In this document: in pieces, positions 1-8,769 of the stretch
How the letters are laid out: each line of letters opens with the position of its first letter
Position numbering within the stretch: the first letter of the stretch is position 1
DNA from: Candidatus Spechtbacteria bacterium RIFCSPLOWO2_12_FULL_38_22
Lineage (GTDB): Bacteria; Patescibacteriota; Minisyncoccia; Spechtbacterales; 2-12-FULL-38-22
DNA length: 45,110 nucleotides
Direction: 5' to 3'
Assembly (NCBI GenBank): GCA_001820055.1
Contig: MHOK01000022.1
Span: 1 to 45,110 of the forward strand
Notes under the pieces: generated by a model
Told to the model about the DNA's origin: nothing
Database searches by the model: none
The model's input: only the letters and a program-made list of their open reading frames with translations
Program-made: the position numbers and the translations under genes

Positions 1-289
1 CTTTAGATTCTCCTTTCTTTCTATCGCGTGTAGAGTGAGCCCTTTTTTTGGGAGTATTTATAATTCCTTCTTTAACCAGTATGTTATTAACTACCACGGT
101 TGGCGTCGCACCAACTCCAAGCCAATATTTTATACGGTCTGAATTAAGTTTTAGTTGTTTTAAAGCCGCATTATAAAAACCCACTGCTTCTTTGTATTTT
201 CCCTTTGGGGGAGCAGTGGCTTCTGTAACTACTATCCTAAAACTAGGATCGTGTTTTCTACCTATTCTTTTTAAACGAATTTTTAGCAT
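1..289 (-). CDS. rpsP: 30S ribosomal protein bS16, C-terminus runs off the left edge
   Basis: My own translation from the ATG at 289-287 reads MLKIRLKRIGRKHDPSFRIVVTEATAPPKGKYKEAVGFYNAALKQLKLNSDRIKYWLGVGATPT..., the conserved bS16 N-terminal pattern. It is absent from the ORF track because it is truncated. Confidence 0.85.
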   Translation of the reverse strand, partial: MLKIRLKRIGRKHDPSFRIVVTEATAPPKGKYKEAVGFYNAALKQLKLNSDRIKYWLGVGATPTVVVNNILVKEGIINTPKKRAHSTRDRKKGESK

Positions 290-330
290 ACCTATACTTT
301 TTATACTATTATAATGAAGGAGTCAAATTT

Positions 331-352
331 AAAAGCGACATCTGTCGCTTTT
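331..352 (-). terminator. Rho-independent terminator after the GNAT gene
   Basis: Hairpin AAGCGACA-GAT-GTCGCTT followed by a T-run on the minus strand, directly after the stop at 354. Confidence 0.6.
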
Positions 353-353
353 A

Positions 354-764
354 CTAAGGTGGTTTTTCTAAAGAATACCAGTCAGCTTCGAAAAACCATT
401 CGTAGCGAGTAGCTACAATTTGATAGCCACGCCTTAAATAAAATTCAATTGCATCTTTATGCCTTGCAGAGGTTTCTAAAACAACTTTGGGACAACTCTT
501 TCTTCGGGCACTATCTTCAACTTGTTCTAAAAGAGCCGTTCCTATTCCTTGTCCTCTAAAATCCCTATTTACTATGATGGATTTAAGCACCATTAGTCCT
601 CCGCGCATACAACACCGCGCAGCTCCCACCACACGATTATCTTTAAAAACAGCAAAACATTCTTTTTCCTCAGCAAAATCCCACCCAATTCCTTCGTTAA
701 AAACACGCCAATTGCTTCCTGTAAAACCTCTTATATCCGCGGGTTCTACTCTTCTAACTTGCAC
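354..764 (-). CDS. GNAT-family N-acetyltransferase
   Basis: 136 aa. Acetyl-CoA binding motif RGQGIGTALL in the usual position. GTG start. Confidence 0.75.
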   Translation of the reverse strand: MQVRRVEPADIRGFTGSNWRVFNEGIGWDFAEEKECFAVFKDNRVVGAARCCMRGGLMVLKSIIVNRDFRGQGIGTALLEQVEDSARRKSCPKVVLETSARHKDAIEFYLRRGYQIVATRYEWFFEADWYSLEKPP

Positions 765-833
765 CTATACTCCTGATTACAACTACTAAAATAATACACC
801 ATAAACGAAATAAGTCAACCCCTCATATCAGCC

Positions 834-1520
834 TTACCAACCCTTAACTTCAAGCGCTTTCTGCGCCGCCCCTTCTTGAGCCTCTTGTTTACTAGATCCC
901 CCTCCTTCAGCGACTAATTCTTCTTCCAAATATACGCCAACCACAAAATGCCTGTCGTGATCCGGACCACTTTCTTCTATCACGCCATAAGTAGGAGTTA
1001 TTCCAACCCTATCCTGCGCTTGTTCCTGAAAAGTACTCTTGGGATCGCGATACAACTTATTTTTTAATACTGCCGGCAATTCCTTAATGATGTTTTTTGT
1101 AATAAATTCTTTTGCCGTCTCAAAACCTTTATCTAGGTAAATAGCTCCAATAATAGATTCCACGGCATTTGCCAAAATATACTGACGAGCTCGCCCTGTA
1201 TCCTTTGCCTCCCCCTTACTCAATAGAATATACTCGTTAAAATTCAAGTCAGAAGCTATTTTTGAAAGCATTTTACTATTGACCAACGCGGCTCTCCAGC
1301 TTGTTAAGTCACCCTCTGGGTTATCGTATTTATTATATAGATATTCAGTAACTATTAACTCTAAAACAGCATCCCCCAAAAACTCCAGCCTTTCGTTGTG
1401 ATCAAGGCCAGTATCGGAATGCTCGTTTAAGTAAGAGCGATGTATAAAAGCCTGCATTAGCAAACCTTTGTTCTCAAAATAAATCCCCAACCCTTCCTCA
1501 AATTTAGAAAAATCTTTCAT
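834..1520 (-). CDS. rnc: Ribonuclease III
   Basis: RNase III signature ERLEFLGDAVLE and a C-terminal dsRBD-like block (GGGSSKQEAQEGAAQKAL). Confidence 0.93.
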   Translation of the reverse strand: MKDFSKFEEGLGIYFENKGLLMQAFIHRSYLNEHSDTGLDHNERLEFLGDAVLELIVTEYLYNKYDNPEGDLTSWRAALVNSKMLSKIASDLNFNEYILLSKGEAKDTGRARQYILANAVESIIGAIYLDKGFETAKEFITKNIIKELPAVLKNKLYRDPKSTFQEQAQDRVGITPTYGVIEESGPDHDRHFVVGVYLEEELVAEGGGSSKQEAQEGAAQKALEVKGW

Positions 1521-1610
1521 TGAAATAAAGCTACTAGCTGATAGCTGTTAGCTTTTAGAGAAAACCTCTAACAGCTCAAAGCTATAAGTTACGAGCTGAT
1601 TAATTATTAT

Positions 1611-2111
1611 TTATATATCAACTGGTTTTTTCTCTACACTCCCTTCTTTTTTTTCCTCCTTTGGTTTACTTATCTGCTCTTTTCCAGGTTCGCCTATTTC
1701 GCGATATATTGTTCCCATAACTCCGTTGACAAATCTTCCTGAGCTATCTCCGCCATAACCTTTTGCAAGTTCTATGGCTTCATTTATTGCAACCTTGGGT
1801 GGAACTTCGTCTCTGTTACTCCAAAGAAGTTCGTATATACCCAAACGCAATATGTTTCTATCAACTAAATTCACCTGATCAATAGGCCATTCTGGAGCTG
1901 TTTTTTCTATTATCGCGTCTATCTTATCTAAATTTTTAACTACGCCATCAACCAAGTTTTCAATAAATCCATACTCTTCTTCAATCCCAGCCCCAAACTC
2001 CTCAATATTGCGTTCCCTAAGTCTATTTAACTTATCCATATCTCTACCCCAAAAATCCCATTCAAACAGGGTCTGCATCACAATTGAACGAGCTATGTGT
2101 CTTGAGGCCAT
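1611..2111 (-). CDS. nusB: Transcription antitermination factor NusB
   Basis: 166 aa. NusB-like helical pattern (RSIVMQTLFEWDF..., LRLGIYELL, INEAIELAK) with a lysine- and glutamate-rich tail. Confidence 0.85.
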   Translation of the reverse strand: MASRHIARSIVMQTLFEWDFWGRDMDKLNRLRERNIEEFGAGIEEEYGFIENLVDGVVKNLDKIDAIIEKTAPEWPIDQVNLVDRNILRLGIYELLWSNRDEVPPKVAINEAIELAKGYGGDSSGRFVNGVMGTIYREIGEPGKEQISKPKEEKKEGSVEKKPVDI

Positions 2112-2136
2112 AAATTTTTAAACTTCGTTTAAAAAT

Positions 2137-2275
2137 CAGTAACAAGTAACCCCTAACCAGTAACTCGTAATTGTGGTGCGGAACACCGCCCTTTGTTTGT
2201 ATGCCACAGGCAATTCTGCGAAACAGGACCGCACTTGTTACTAGTTACTGCGAGTCCACCGTCTGGCGGACGAGC
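2137..2275. repeat. GC-rich structured spacer flanked by GTAAC-type repeats (rpmF-nusB spacer)
   Basis: CAGTAACAAGTAAC at the left end and CTTGTTACTAGTTACTG at the right end are inverted. The interior has GTGCGG...CCGCAC pairing and the hairpin CCACCGTCTGGCGGA. It shares GTAACTAGTAACAAG with the 8689/17819 repeat. Confidence 0.6.
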
Positions 2276-2551
2276 TTATTTTTTACTGAGTTCCTCCATA
2301 TTCATTGGAGTCGCGTTTTCTTCTTGCTCCTTTAACTCTTTTGTTTTTTTCTTTTTTGCTCTTTTTTCCAACTTAGCTAAAACGTCCACCACCTCCCTAC
2401 TATTATATGTACCACAATTTTCACACATTGTATGAGATAAAACTGTCTGCGCGCACTTAGGGCATTTACCCAAATTTAGCCCATCAAGAGCATGGTGAGA
2501 TCTTCTATTGTTTTGTCTAGATTTTGTTTTTCGCTGTTTTGGTACTGCCAT
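2276..2551 (-). CDS. rpmF: 50S ribosomal protein bL32 with a Lys/Glu-rich C-terminal extension
   Basis: MAVPKQRKTKSRQNNRRSHHAL followed by the zinc knuckle CPKC...CENCG. Confidence 0.92.
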   Translation of the reverse strand: MAVPKQRKTKSRQNNRRSHHALDGLNLGKCPKCAQTVLSHTMCENCGTYNSREVVDVLAKLEKRAKKKKTKELKEQEENATPMNMEELSKK

Positions 2552-2718
2552 ATTTACCTGTTTCGCCCAGTTAAATTAAAAATAACTTAATTAACCTGCT
2601 TAAAGCTATTATAGCATATATTATTTCTAATCAAAAAACAAGACCTATATAAAACTTGCATATCAAAAAAAATACTCTTTTACAAATTTTATCCGCCAGT
2701 GATGCTTAATTTGAGGCA

Positions 2719-4017
2719 TTATAACTTCAAAAGAAAACTCTTAAATTCACTGAAATCATTGCTTAACAAAATAGCTTGTTTTTCTCGGTCAAGATATTCT
2801 TTTAATCTGTCTGGTATAGATACTGGCACTCCAATAACTTTTTCAACCTCCTCAAAAAATTTGGACGGATGAGCTGTTTCTAAAAATACGCCCGCGTATC
2901 CTTTGAATTTTTTCATAAAGTCAACCAATCCAAGATAAGCAACTGCTCCATGAGTGTCCATGGTGTACTGATACTTTTTGAAAACGCTTAAAAGAGCTTC
3001 CCTTGTTGCTACATCAGAAAAACTCACACCGTGTATGTCGTCTCTCATTTTTCTAACATCATTTTCATACAGTTCAAGCATCCTTGAAAAATTACTCGGG
3101 TTCCCAACATCCATGGCGTTTGAAATCGTAGAGACTGAAGGTTTTGGTTGAAAAGTACCTGTTTTTAAATATCTTGGCACGACATCATTACTATTTGTTG
3201 AGGCAATAAATTTAGCTATAGGCGCACCCATTCTTTTGGCAATAATTCCAGCTGTCAAATTACCAAAATTTCCACTAGGAACAGAGACCGCAATAGGAAC
3301 TCCTTTCATGCTAAGTTGAGCGCTAAGGTATACATAATAAAAAGATTGAGGCAATAACCGCGCTATGTTGATAGAATTTGCCGAAGCAAGCGTCATTTTT
3401 TCTTTTAATTCCCCGTCCACAAAAGCTTGCTTTGCAAGCTTTTGACAATCATCAAAAGTACCCCTAACCTCTAAAGCAGTTATATTTTCTCCCATGCTGG
3501 TAAGTTGTTTTTCCTGTAGCGAACTAACTTTGCCACTGGGATACAAAATAACTACCTTAATACCTTTTACATTCAAAAACCCGTGCGCAACAGCACTGCC
3601 AGTATCTCCGGACGTAGCGACAATAATAGTAATTTCCTGTTGTAATTTTTCGGCAAAAAATCCAAGTATGCGCGCCATAAATCGTGCGGCAAAGTCCTTA
3701 AAAGCACATGTCGGCCCGTGAAACAATTCAAGCACGTACAGTTGTTTATCAAGTTCAACCAAAGGAATACTAAAATTGAACGCCTCTTGAACAATGTTCA
3801 CCAAAATACTTTTTGGCAAATCGGGAATAAAAAAATTTTTGCTCACCTCAAACGCAATATCTTGAAACGACATTGAATTTGCTTTTTTAAAAAAACCATT
3901 TGGCAAACGAGGTATACGGAAAGGCATATACAACCCGCCGTCTGGCGCAAGACCATTCATGACAGCTTGCCCAAGCCCAACCGTCGGACTTTTCATTTGT
4001 GTACTATAAAATTTCAT
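2719..4017 (-). CDS. thrC: Threonine synthase
   Basis: 432 aa. N-terminal ...GLAPDGGLYMP and PLP-lysine motif TCAFKDFAARF. Confidence 0.9.
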   Translation of the reverse strand: MKFYSTQMKSPTVGLGQAVMNGLAPDGGLYMPFRIPRLPNGFFKKANSMSFQDIAFEVSKNFFIPDLPKSILVNIVQEAFNFSIPLVELDKQLYVLELFHGPTCAFKDFAARFMARILGFFAEKLQQEITIIVATSGDTGSAVAHGFLNVKGIKVVILYPSGKVSSLQEKQLTSMGENITALEVRGTFDDCQKLAKQAFVDGELKEKMTLASANSINIARLLPQSFYYVYLSAQLSMKGVPIAVSVPSGNFGNLTAGIIAKRMGAPIAKFIASTNSNDVVPRYLKTGTFQPKPSVSTISNAMDVGNPSNFSRMLELYENDVRKMRDDIHGVSFSDVATREALLSVFKKYQYTMDTHGAVAYLGLVDFMKKFKGYAGVFLETAHPSKFFEEVEKVIGVPVSIPDRLKEYLDREKQAILLSNDFSEFKSFLLKL

Positions 4018-4685
4018 AATGACTGTTTTATTAGTGAAATGAATTGATGAACATCCGTATTTTTGTCAATAATTTCACGAGGGATTATGACATCGGCATA
4101 TTCGCTATACAGGTCGCTTCGTAAACTAAACAACTCTTGATAGCACCTGCTTAGAGTTTGTAAAACCGTCTCACCGTCCCTCGGACTATAAACATCTCCA
4201 AAAATAACTGGTTTTAATTCCTTCAAGTACTGTCCAAACATGTTTTCTTTCATATTTTCAGGGGCCTCAATATAAACTACTGTTGAGTACCTCTTGAGTC
4301 TGTCGCAAATGTTCCTACTGGTGTGGACAATGCTTCCGGTCGTGTCAATAACTGTGTTTTTAGTTTTGCTGTTTTTAATTTGCGCAAAAATATCCTCCAT
4401 AACTTCTCCCTCAAAAAACAAGTATTTTTCTTGATTAGCGGTGAATCTTTCGTCATAGGGTTGACCCATCCAGCGCGAAACATTTTTAATACCTAAATAT
4501 CCCAATCTCTTTAAAACAGGTGCCAGTTTCGCCTCAATTAAATCGTCGCAGTTGATATGTTCAAAACCTATACCGTAAAACTTCTTTGCCCAATAAGTTT
4601 TACCGATGTTAGACATGCCCAAAAAACTCAAAACTAAACGGTTTTCTCGCAAAAGTTTCTCAAATTGTTTTTTTGATAGTTTCAT
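4014..4685 (-). CDS. P-loop kinase, shikimate-kinase/NMP-kinase-like, function unknown
   Basis: Walker A GMSNIGKT, then DDLIE, TTGSIV and VVYIEAP blocks in AroK-like order. Its stop overlaps the thrC start (ATGA at 4014-4017). Confidence 0.6.
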   Translation of the reverse strand: MKLSKKQFEKLLRENRLVLSFLGMSNIGKTYWAKKFYGIGFEHINCDDLIEAKLAPVLKRLGYLGIKNVSRWMGQPYDERFTANQEKYLFFEGEVMEDIFAQIKNSKTKNTVIDTTGSIVHTSRNICDRLKRYSTVVYIEAPENMKENMFGQYLKELKPVIFGDVYSPRDGETVLQTLSRCYQELFSLRSDLYSEYADVIIPREIIDKNTDVHQFISLIKQSL

Positions 4686-4697
4686 ATCGTTATTTGT

Positions 4698-5345
4698 TCA
4701 ACTTAACCTAAAACTTTTTCTATGAATTGGGCTTTGTCCATATTTTGCGAGCATCTTATAATGCAACTCTGTTCCATACCCTTTGTGCAAGTCAAACCGA
4801 TACTGCGGATATTTTTTATGATAATACTTACTCATGCTTCTGTCTCTCTTAACTTTAGCTACAACAGAAGCGGCGGCAACCGATGGTACTAAATTATCTG
4901 CGCCCCGAATGCGTTCATGTGCCAAGTTCTCAAAAATTTTTTGTTTGTATGGGAATCTATCTACAATTGCAAAATCTGGTTTTATTCGCTTATCGGCGAA
5001 TAATTTTTTTACAGCGCGCCGCATTGCAAGCACAGTAGCATGATGAATTTGTTTTTTATCGATGTTAACAGGAAAGACAGAGGCAGTCGCAAAATCCACC
5101 AATCCTTTATTTTTCATATCACAAAACATTTCGTATAATTTCTCTCTTTGTTTTGCGCTTAACAATTTAGAGTCCCGTAACCCCACTATAGGGTTGCCTG
5201 GCAACCCTATAGTGGGGTTACTATAAAACATAAACGCAGCCACAGTTACAGGCCCCGCAAGCGGTCCCCTGCCTACTTCGTCTAAACCTACAATATGTTC
5301 ATATCCATATTTACGTTTTAACTTTTTTTCGTAATTAAAATCCAT
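4698..5345 (-). CDS. rnhB: Ribonuclease HII
   Basis: GLDEVGRGPLAGPV and DSKLLS motifs. It carries an in-frame palindromic insert (see the repeat at 5177-5221). Confidence 0.92.
   Translation of the reverse strand: MDFNYEKKLKRKYGYEHIVGLDEVGRGPLAGPVTVAAFMFYSNPTIGLPGNPIVGLRDSKLLSAKQREKLYEMFCDMKNKGLVDFATASVFPVNIDKKQIHHATVLAMRRAVKKLFADKRIKPDFAIVDRFPYKQKIFENLAHERIRGADNLVPSVAAASVVAKVKRDRSMSKYYHKKYPQYRFDLHKGYGTELHYKMLAKYGQSPIHRKSFRLS
5177..5221. repeat. Palindromic element (TATAGGG family), copy 1, in frame inside rnhB
   Basis: GTAACCCCACTATAGGGTTGCC-T-GGCAACCCTATAGTGGGGTTAC, perfect 22-nt arms. Translated as SNPTIGLPGNPIVGL. Confidence 0.9.
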
Positions 5346-5437
5346 TATGTTAATAATAAATTATAAACAATAAATTTAAAAATCACTTCCTTGCTAAAAT
5401 CCTGATAAAACCAACAAATTGTCCCATTGCTAGAATT

Positions 5438-5466
5438 TTGTAATTTAAAATTTCATAATGTATAAT
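5438..5466 (+). promoter_or_regulatory. Putative sigma70-type promoter for dnaE, possibly giving a leaderless mRNA
   Basis: TTGTAA-17 nt-TATAAT. The ATG at 5473 lies 6 nt after the -10 box and has no Shine-Dalgarno sequence. Confidence 0.4.
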
Positions 5467-5472
5467 CTAAAT

Positions 5473-8400
5473 ATGTCACCCGCTCTCCAACCAAAATTTA
5501 CACATCTTCATGTACATACTCACTACTCGCTCCTAGACGGACTAAGTAAAATTGATGAACTTTTAGATTATGTAAAAGAGTTGGAAATGGATTCCATAGC
5601 AATTACGGATCATGGAAATTTGTACGGCGCTATTGAATTTTACCAAAAGGCAAAAAAAAGAGGACTAAAACCTATCCTAGGATGTGAGATGTACGTTGCC
5701 GATGATATGCGCGAAAAAAAACCCGGCAGAATGGACGGTAAAAACTACCATCACATCGTGCTTTTAGCAAAAAATAATATCGGATATCAAAATCTTATTA
5801 AACTTGTAAGCGCCGCGCATCTAGAAGGTTTTTACTATAAACCTCGTGTAGATAAAAAATTACTTGCTGAACATAACGAGGGAATAATTGCTCTTTCAGG
5901 ATGTTTGGGAGGAGAACTTTCACGCGCCCTTCTTAAAAACAAAACCGAAAAAGCTTTGAAAATTGCTCAAGATTATGCTGACCTTTTTGAACCTGGGAGT
6001 TATTACATTGAAATTCAACAACATCTAAACACACCCGAACAAAATGAAGTTACTCCACAGCTTGTGGAACTTGCAAAAAAACTGAATTTGCCAATCGTTG
6101 CCACACAAGATTCACACTACACACACAAAGAAGATTCGCGCGCGCACGATGTGCTTCTTGCGGTACAGACTGGAAACACAGTAAACGACGAAGATCGTCT
6201 TACTTTTAAACACGACAACTTCTCTGTGGCGACAACCCAAGAGATGATGGAAAAATTTAGCCAGTGGCCAGAAGCAATCCAAAACACACAAAAAATCGCT
6301 CAAGAATGCAATGTGGAACTTACCCTTGGAAAATTTATATTTCCAAACTTTAAACTTGAACTTGGAAAAACCGCAAACCAAATGCTGGACGAACTAACGT
6401 TTAAAGGTATGCGTGAGCGAGGACTGGACAAAGATGCAGAAATTGAAAAACGACGACTCTATGAGTTAAGCGTTATTAACAAAAAAAACTATGCGCCTTA
6501 TTTTCTCGTGGTTGCCGATATAATGCAATTTGCCCACGAAGCAAATATCTATACTACGGTTCGAGGTTCTGTGGCTGGTTCATTTATCGCCTATTTATCA
6601 GGTATTACAAACGTAAATCCCATAGAATTCAGGCTTCCATTTGAGCGATTCCTTAACCCCCACCGCCCATCCGCGCCAGATATTGATATGGACTTTGCGG
6701 ACAACCGCAGACAAGAAGTTATTGAATATACCAAAAAAAAATACGGCGCACAAAATGTAGCTCAAATTGGAACCTTTGGTACTATGATGGCGCGAGGAGC
6801 GGTTCGGGATATAACTCGCGCTTTAGGAAAATCATACGCATCCGGTGATAAAATCGCCAAACTTATTCCTCTGGGATCGCAGGGCTTTCCAATGACTATA
6901 AAACACGCTCTTGAACTTGAACCAACGCTCAAACAGATGTGGAACCAAGATAGCGAAGCGCGAGAAATTTTGGATTTAGCAGAAAAATTAGAGGGCACAG
7001 TACGACACTCGTCAGTCCACGCCGCAGGAGTTGTAATAGCGCCAAAACCACTTACCGAATATGTGCCCCTTCAATATGATCCAAAGGGTGAAAACAACTT
7101 GGTAACGCAATACGATATGCATACTGTAGGTGAAGATGGCGTAGGGCTTCTTAAATTTGATTTTCTGGGAATTCGCAATTTAGCCATTTTAGAAAATGCC
7201 GTACGCTTAGTTAAAAAACGTATGAACATTGATATTAATATCGAAAATATTCCTCTTGATGACAAGCTCACTTTTGACATGTTAGCCCGTGGCGAAACCG
7301 AAGGACTGTTTCAGCTGAACGGATCGGCAATGACTAAATACCTAAAAGAACTTAAACCCAACACAATTTATGATATCAACGCTATGATCGCGCTTTACCG
7401 CCCCGGACCTATGAATAACATTCCTGATTATATCGCGCGCAAACAAGGTCGTAGTCCTGTTAAATACTTTCACCCAAAAGCTAAAAACTTTCTTGAAAAA
7501 TCATATGGAATTTTAGTATATCAAGACGACCTTCTATTTGCGGCAATAGAACTTGCTGGATATACTTGGGAAACGGTTGATAAATTGAGAAAAGCAGTAG
7601 GAAAAAAAATTCCTGCTGAAATGGCCAAACAGCATAAAATTTTTGTGGAAGGATGCCAAAAATATAGCCAAATGACGAAAGAAAAAGCAGAGCAAATTTG
7701 GAAGTTGTTTGAACCATTTCAGGGTTATGGCTTCAACAAAGCGCATGCCGCATGCTACGGCCGAGTTGCTTATCAAACTGCATACATGAAAGCTAATTTT
7801 CCCGTCAACTATATGTGCGCTGTGCTAACTGCAGAATCTGGCGATATGAGTAAAATGACCGTTGTCATGAATGAGTGTAAACGAATGGGTATTGAAATAC
7901 TTCCCCCATCCATCAATGAGAGCGACGAAGAATTTACAGTAACAGTCAATAACAATATAAGATTTGGTCTTACCGCAGTTAAAAACGTAGGAAGCAACAT
8001 TGTGCATGAAATTAAAATAGAAAGAGAAAAAAATGGACGTTTTAATTCCATAGAAGAATTGCTTGAAAGAATAAGTTCCAGAGACCTAAATAAAAAATCC
8101 CTTGAAAGTTTAATTAAAGCAGGCGCTATGGACGAACTATCCTCTAGGAGCACCCTCCTTGAAAATATGGAGAGTTTGCTTCAATATTCAAAGGAGGCAA
8201 AAGCGGCGCACAATTCTGGACAGGAAAGCTTATTTGGTGCTAATACAAAAAGGGGGTTATTATTAAAAGAATCCGAACCCGCAGATATTAAGAAAAAACT
8301 GACATGGGAAAAAGAGTTGTTGGGATTTTATGTATCAAGCCATCCGTTGAAGCAATACGCCCACAAACTATTAAACGTTACACCAATACAAAAATTGGGC

Positions 8401-8664
8401 AACGAAACTAAGCTGGCAAGTTTTATACGAATTGGCGCAATAATAAATAACGTTAAAAAAATAATCACCAAAAATGGTCAGTCAATGATGTTTATAGGAT
8501 TGGAAGATATGAGTGGAAAAATGGAGGGCATTGTATTCCCTTCACTTGCCGAAAAAAGTGGTAATATACTTGAAGAAAACAAAGTTATACTTGCGGAAGG
8601 AAAAATCAGCAGAAGAGATGGAGATATTAAATTTATCTGTGAAAATATCACTGAATTGGTATAA
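5473..8664 (+). CDS. dnaE: DNA polymerase III alpha subunit
   Basis: PHP motif HLHVHTHYSLLDG, a long Pol III alpha core and a C-terminal OB-fold region. The ORF track starts at 5458, but that ATG overlaps the predicted -10 box, so 5473 is preferred. Confidence 0.93.
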   Translation: MSPALQPKFTHLHVHTHYSLLDGLSKIDELLDYVKELEMDSIAITDHGNLYGAIEFYQKAKKRGLKPILGCEMYVADDMREKKPGRMDGKNYHHIVLLAKNNIGYQNLIKLVSAAHLEGFYYKPRVDKKLLAEHNEGIIALSGCLGGELSRALLKNKTEKALKIAQDYADLFEPGSYYIEIQQHLNTPEQNEVTPQLVELAKKLNLPIVATQDSHYTHKEDSRAHDVLLAVQTGNTVNDEDRLTFKHDNFSVATTQEMMEKFSQWPEAIQNTQKIAQECNVELTLGKFIFPNFKLELGKTANQMLDELTFKGMRERGLDKDAEIEKRRLYELSVINKKNYAPYFLVVADIMQFAHEANIYTTVRGSVAGSFIAYLSGITNVNPIEFRLPFERFLNPHRPSAPDIDMDFADNRRQEVIEYTKKKYGAQNVAQIGTFGTMMARGAVRDITRALGKSYASGDKIAKLIPLGSQGFPMTIKHALELEPTLKQMWNQDSEAREILDLAEKLEGTVRHSSVHAAGVVIAPKPLTEYVPLQYDPKGENNLVTQYDMHTVGEDGVGLLKFDFLGIRNLAILENAVRLVKKRMNIDINIENIPLDDKLTFDMLARGETEGLFQLNGSAMTKYLKELKPNTIYDINAMIALYRPGPMNNIPDYIARKQGRSPVKYFHPKAKNFLEKSYGILVYQDDLLFAAIELAGYTWETVDKLRKAVGKKIPAEMAKQHKIFVEGCQKYSQMTKEKAEQIWKLFEPFQGYGFNKAHAACYGRVAYQTAYMKANFPVNYMCAVLTAESGDMSKMTVVMNECKRMGIEILPPSINESDEEFTVTVNNNIRFGLTAVKNVGSNIVHEIKIEREKNGRFNSIEELLERISSRDLNKKSLESLIKAGAMDELSSRSTLLENMESLLQYSKEAKAAHNSGQESLFGANTKRGLLLKESEPADIKKKLTWEKELLGFYVSSHPLKQYAHKLLNVTPIQKLGNETKLASFIRIGAIINNVKKIITKNGQSMMFIGLEDMSGKMEGIVFPSLAEKSGNILEENKVILAEGKISRRDGDIKFICENITELV

Positions 8665-8688
8665 CCAATTCAGTGAGTAACAAGTAAC

Positions 8689-8758
8689 AAGCCTGCCTGC
8701 CGGCCCGCTTCGCCAGAGCTTTAGCGAGGCGAGTAGGCAGGTAACTAGTAACAAGTAA
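8689..8758 (+). repeat. 70-nt GC-rich repeat, copy A (downstream of dnaE)
   Basis: Identical over 70 nt to the reverse complement of 17819-17888. Contains CCTGCCT...AGGCAGG pairing and ends in GTAACTAGTAACAAGTAA. Confidence 0.9.
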
Positions 8759-8769
8759 TTTATAAATAC

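Noticed and set aside
487-789. Antisense and overlapping track ORFs inside recognised genes. Examples: 487-789, 3494-3721, 3573-3794, 4277-4483, 4834-5043, 6112-6381, 6762-8153 (a set), 9601-9792, 12868-13065, 14586-14768, 17890-18291, 19834-21784 (a set), 22107-22304, 22814-23299, 24499-25080, 27661-27855, 29490-30575, 31537-34603 (a set), 35347-35598, 37832-39133 (a set), 40338-41308, 41784-42014.
   Set aside because: Each lies inside or opposite a CDS with clear family motifs. They have no Shine-Dalgarno sequence, and their low-complexity or hydrophobic translations are typical of the shadow frames of AT-rich genes.
8542-8754. Two track ORFs (8542-8754 minus strand and 17718-17903 plus strand) that share the peptide LLASLKLWRSGPAGRL
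   Set aside because: The shared peptide is just the translation of the 70-nt GC-rich repeat. The ORFs have no start context and differ outside the repeat.
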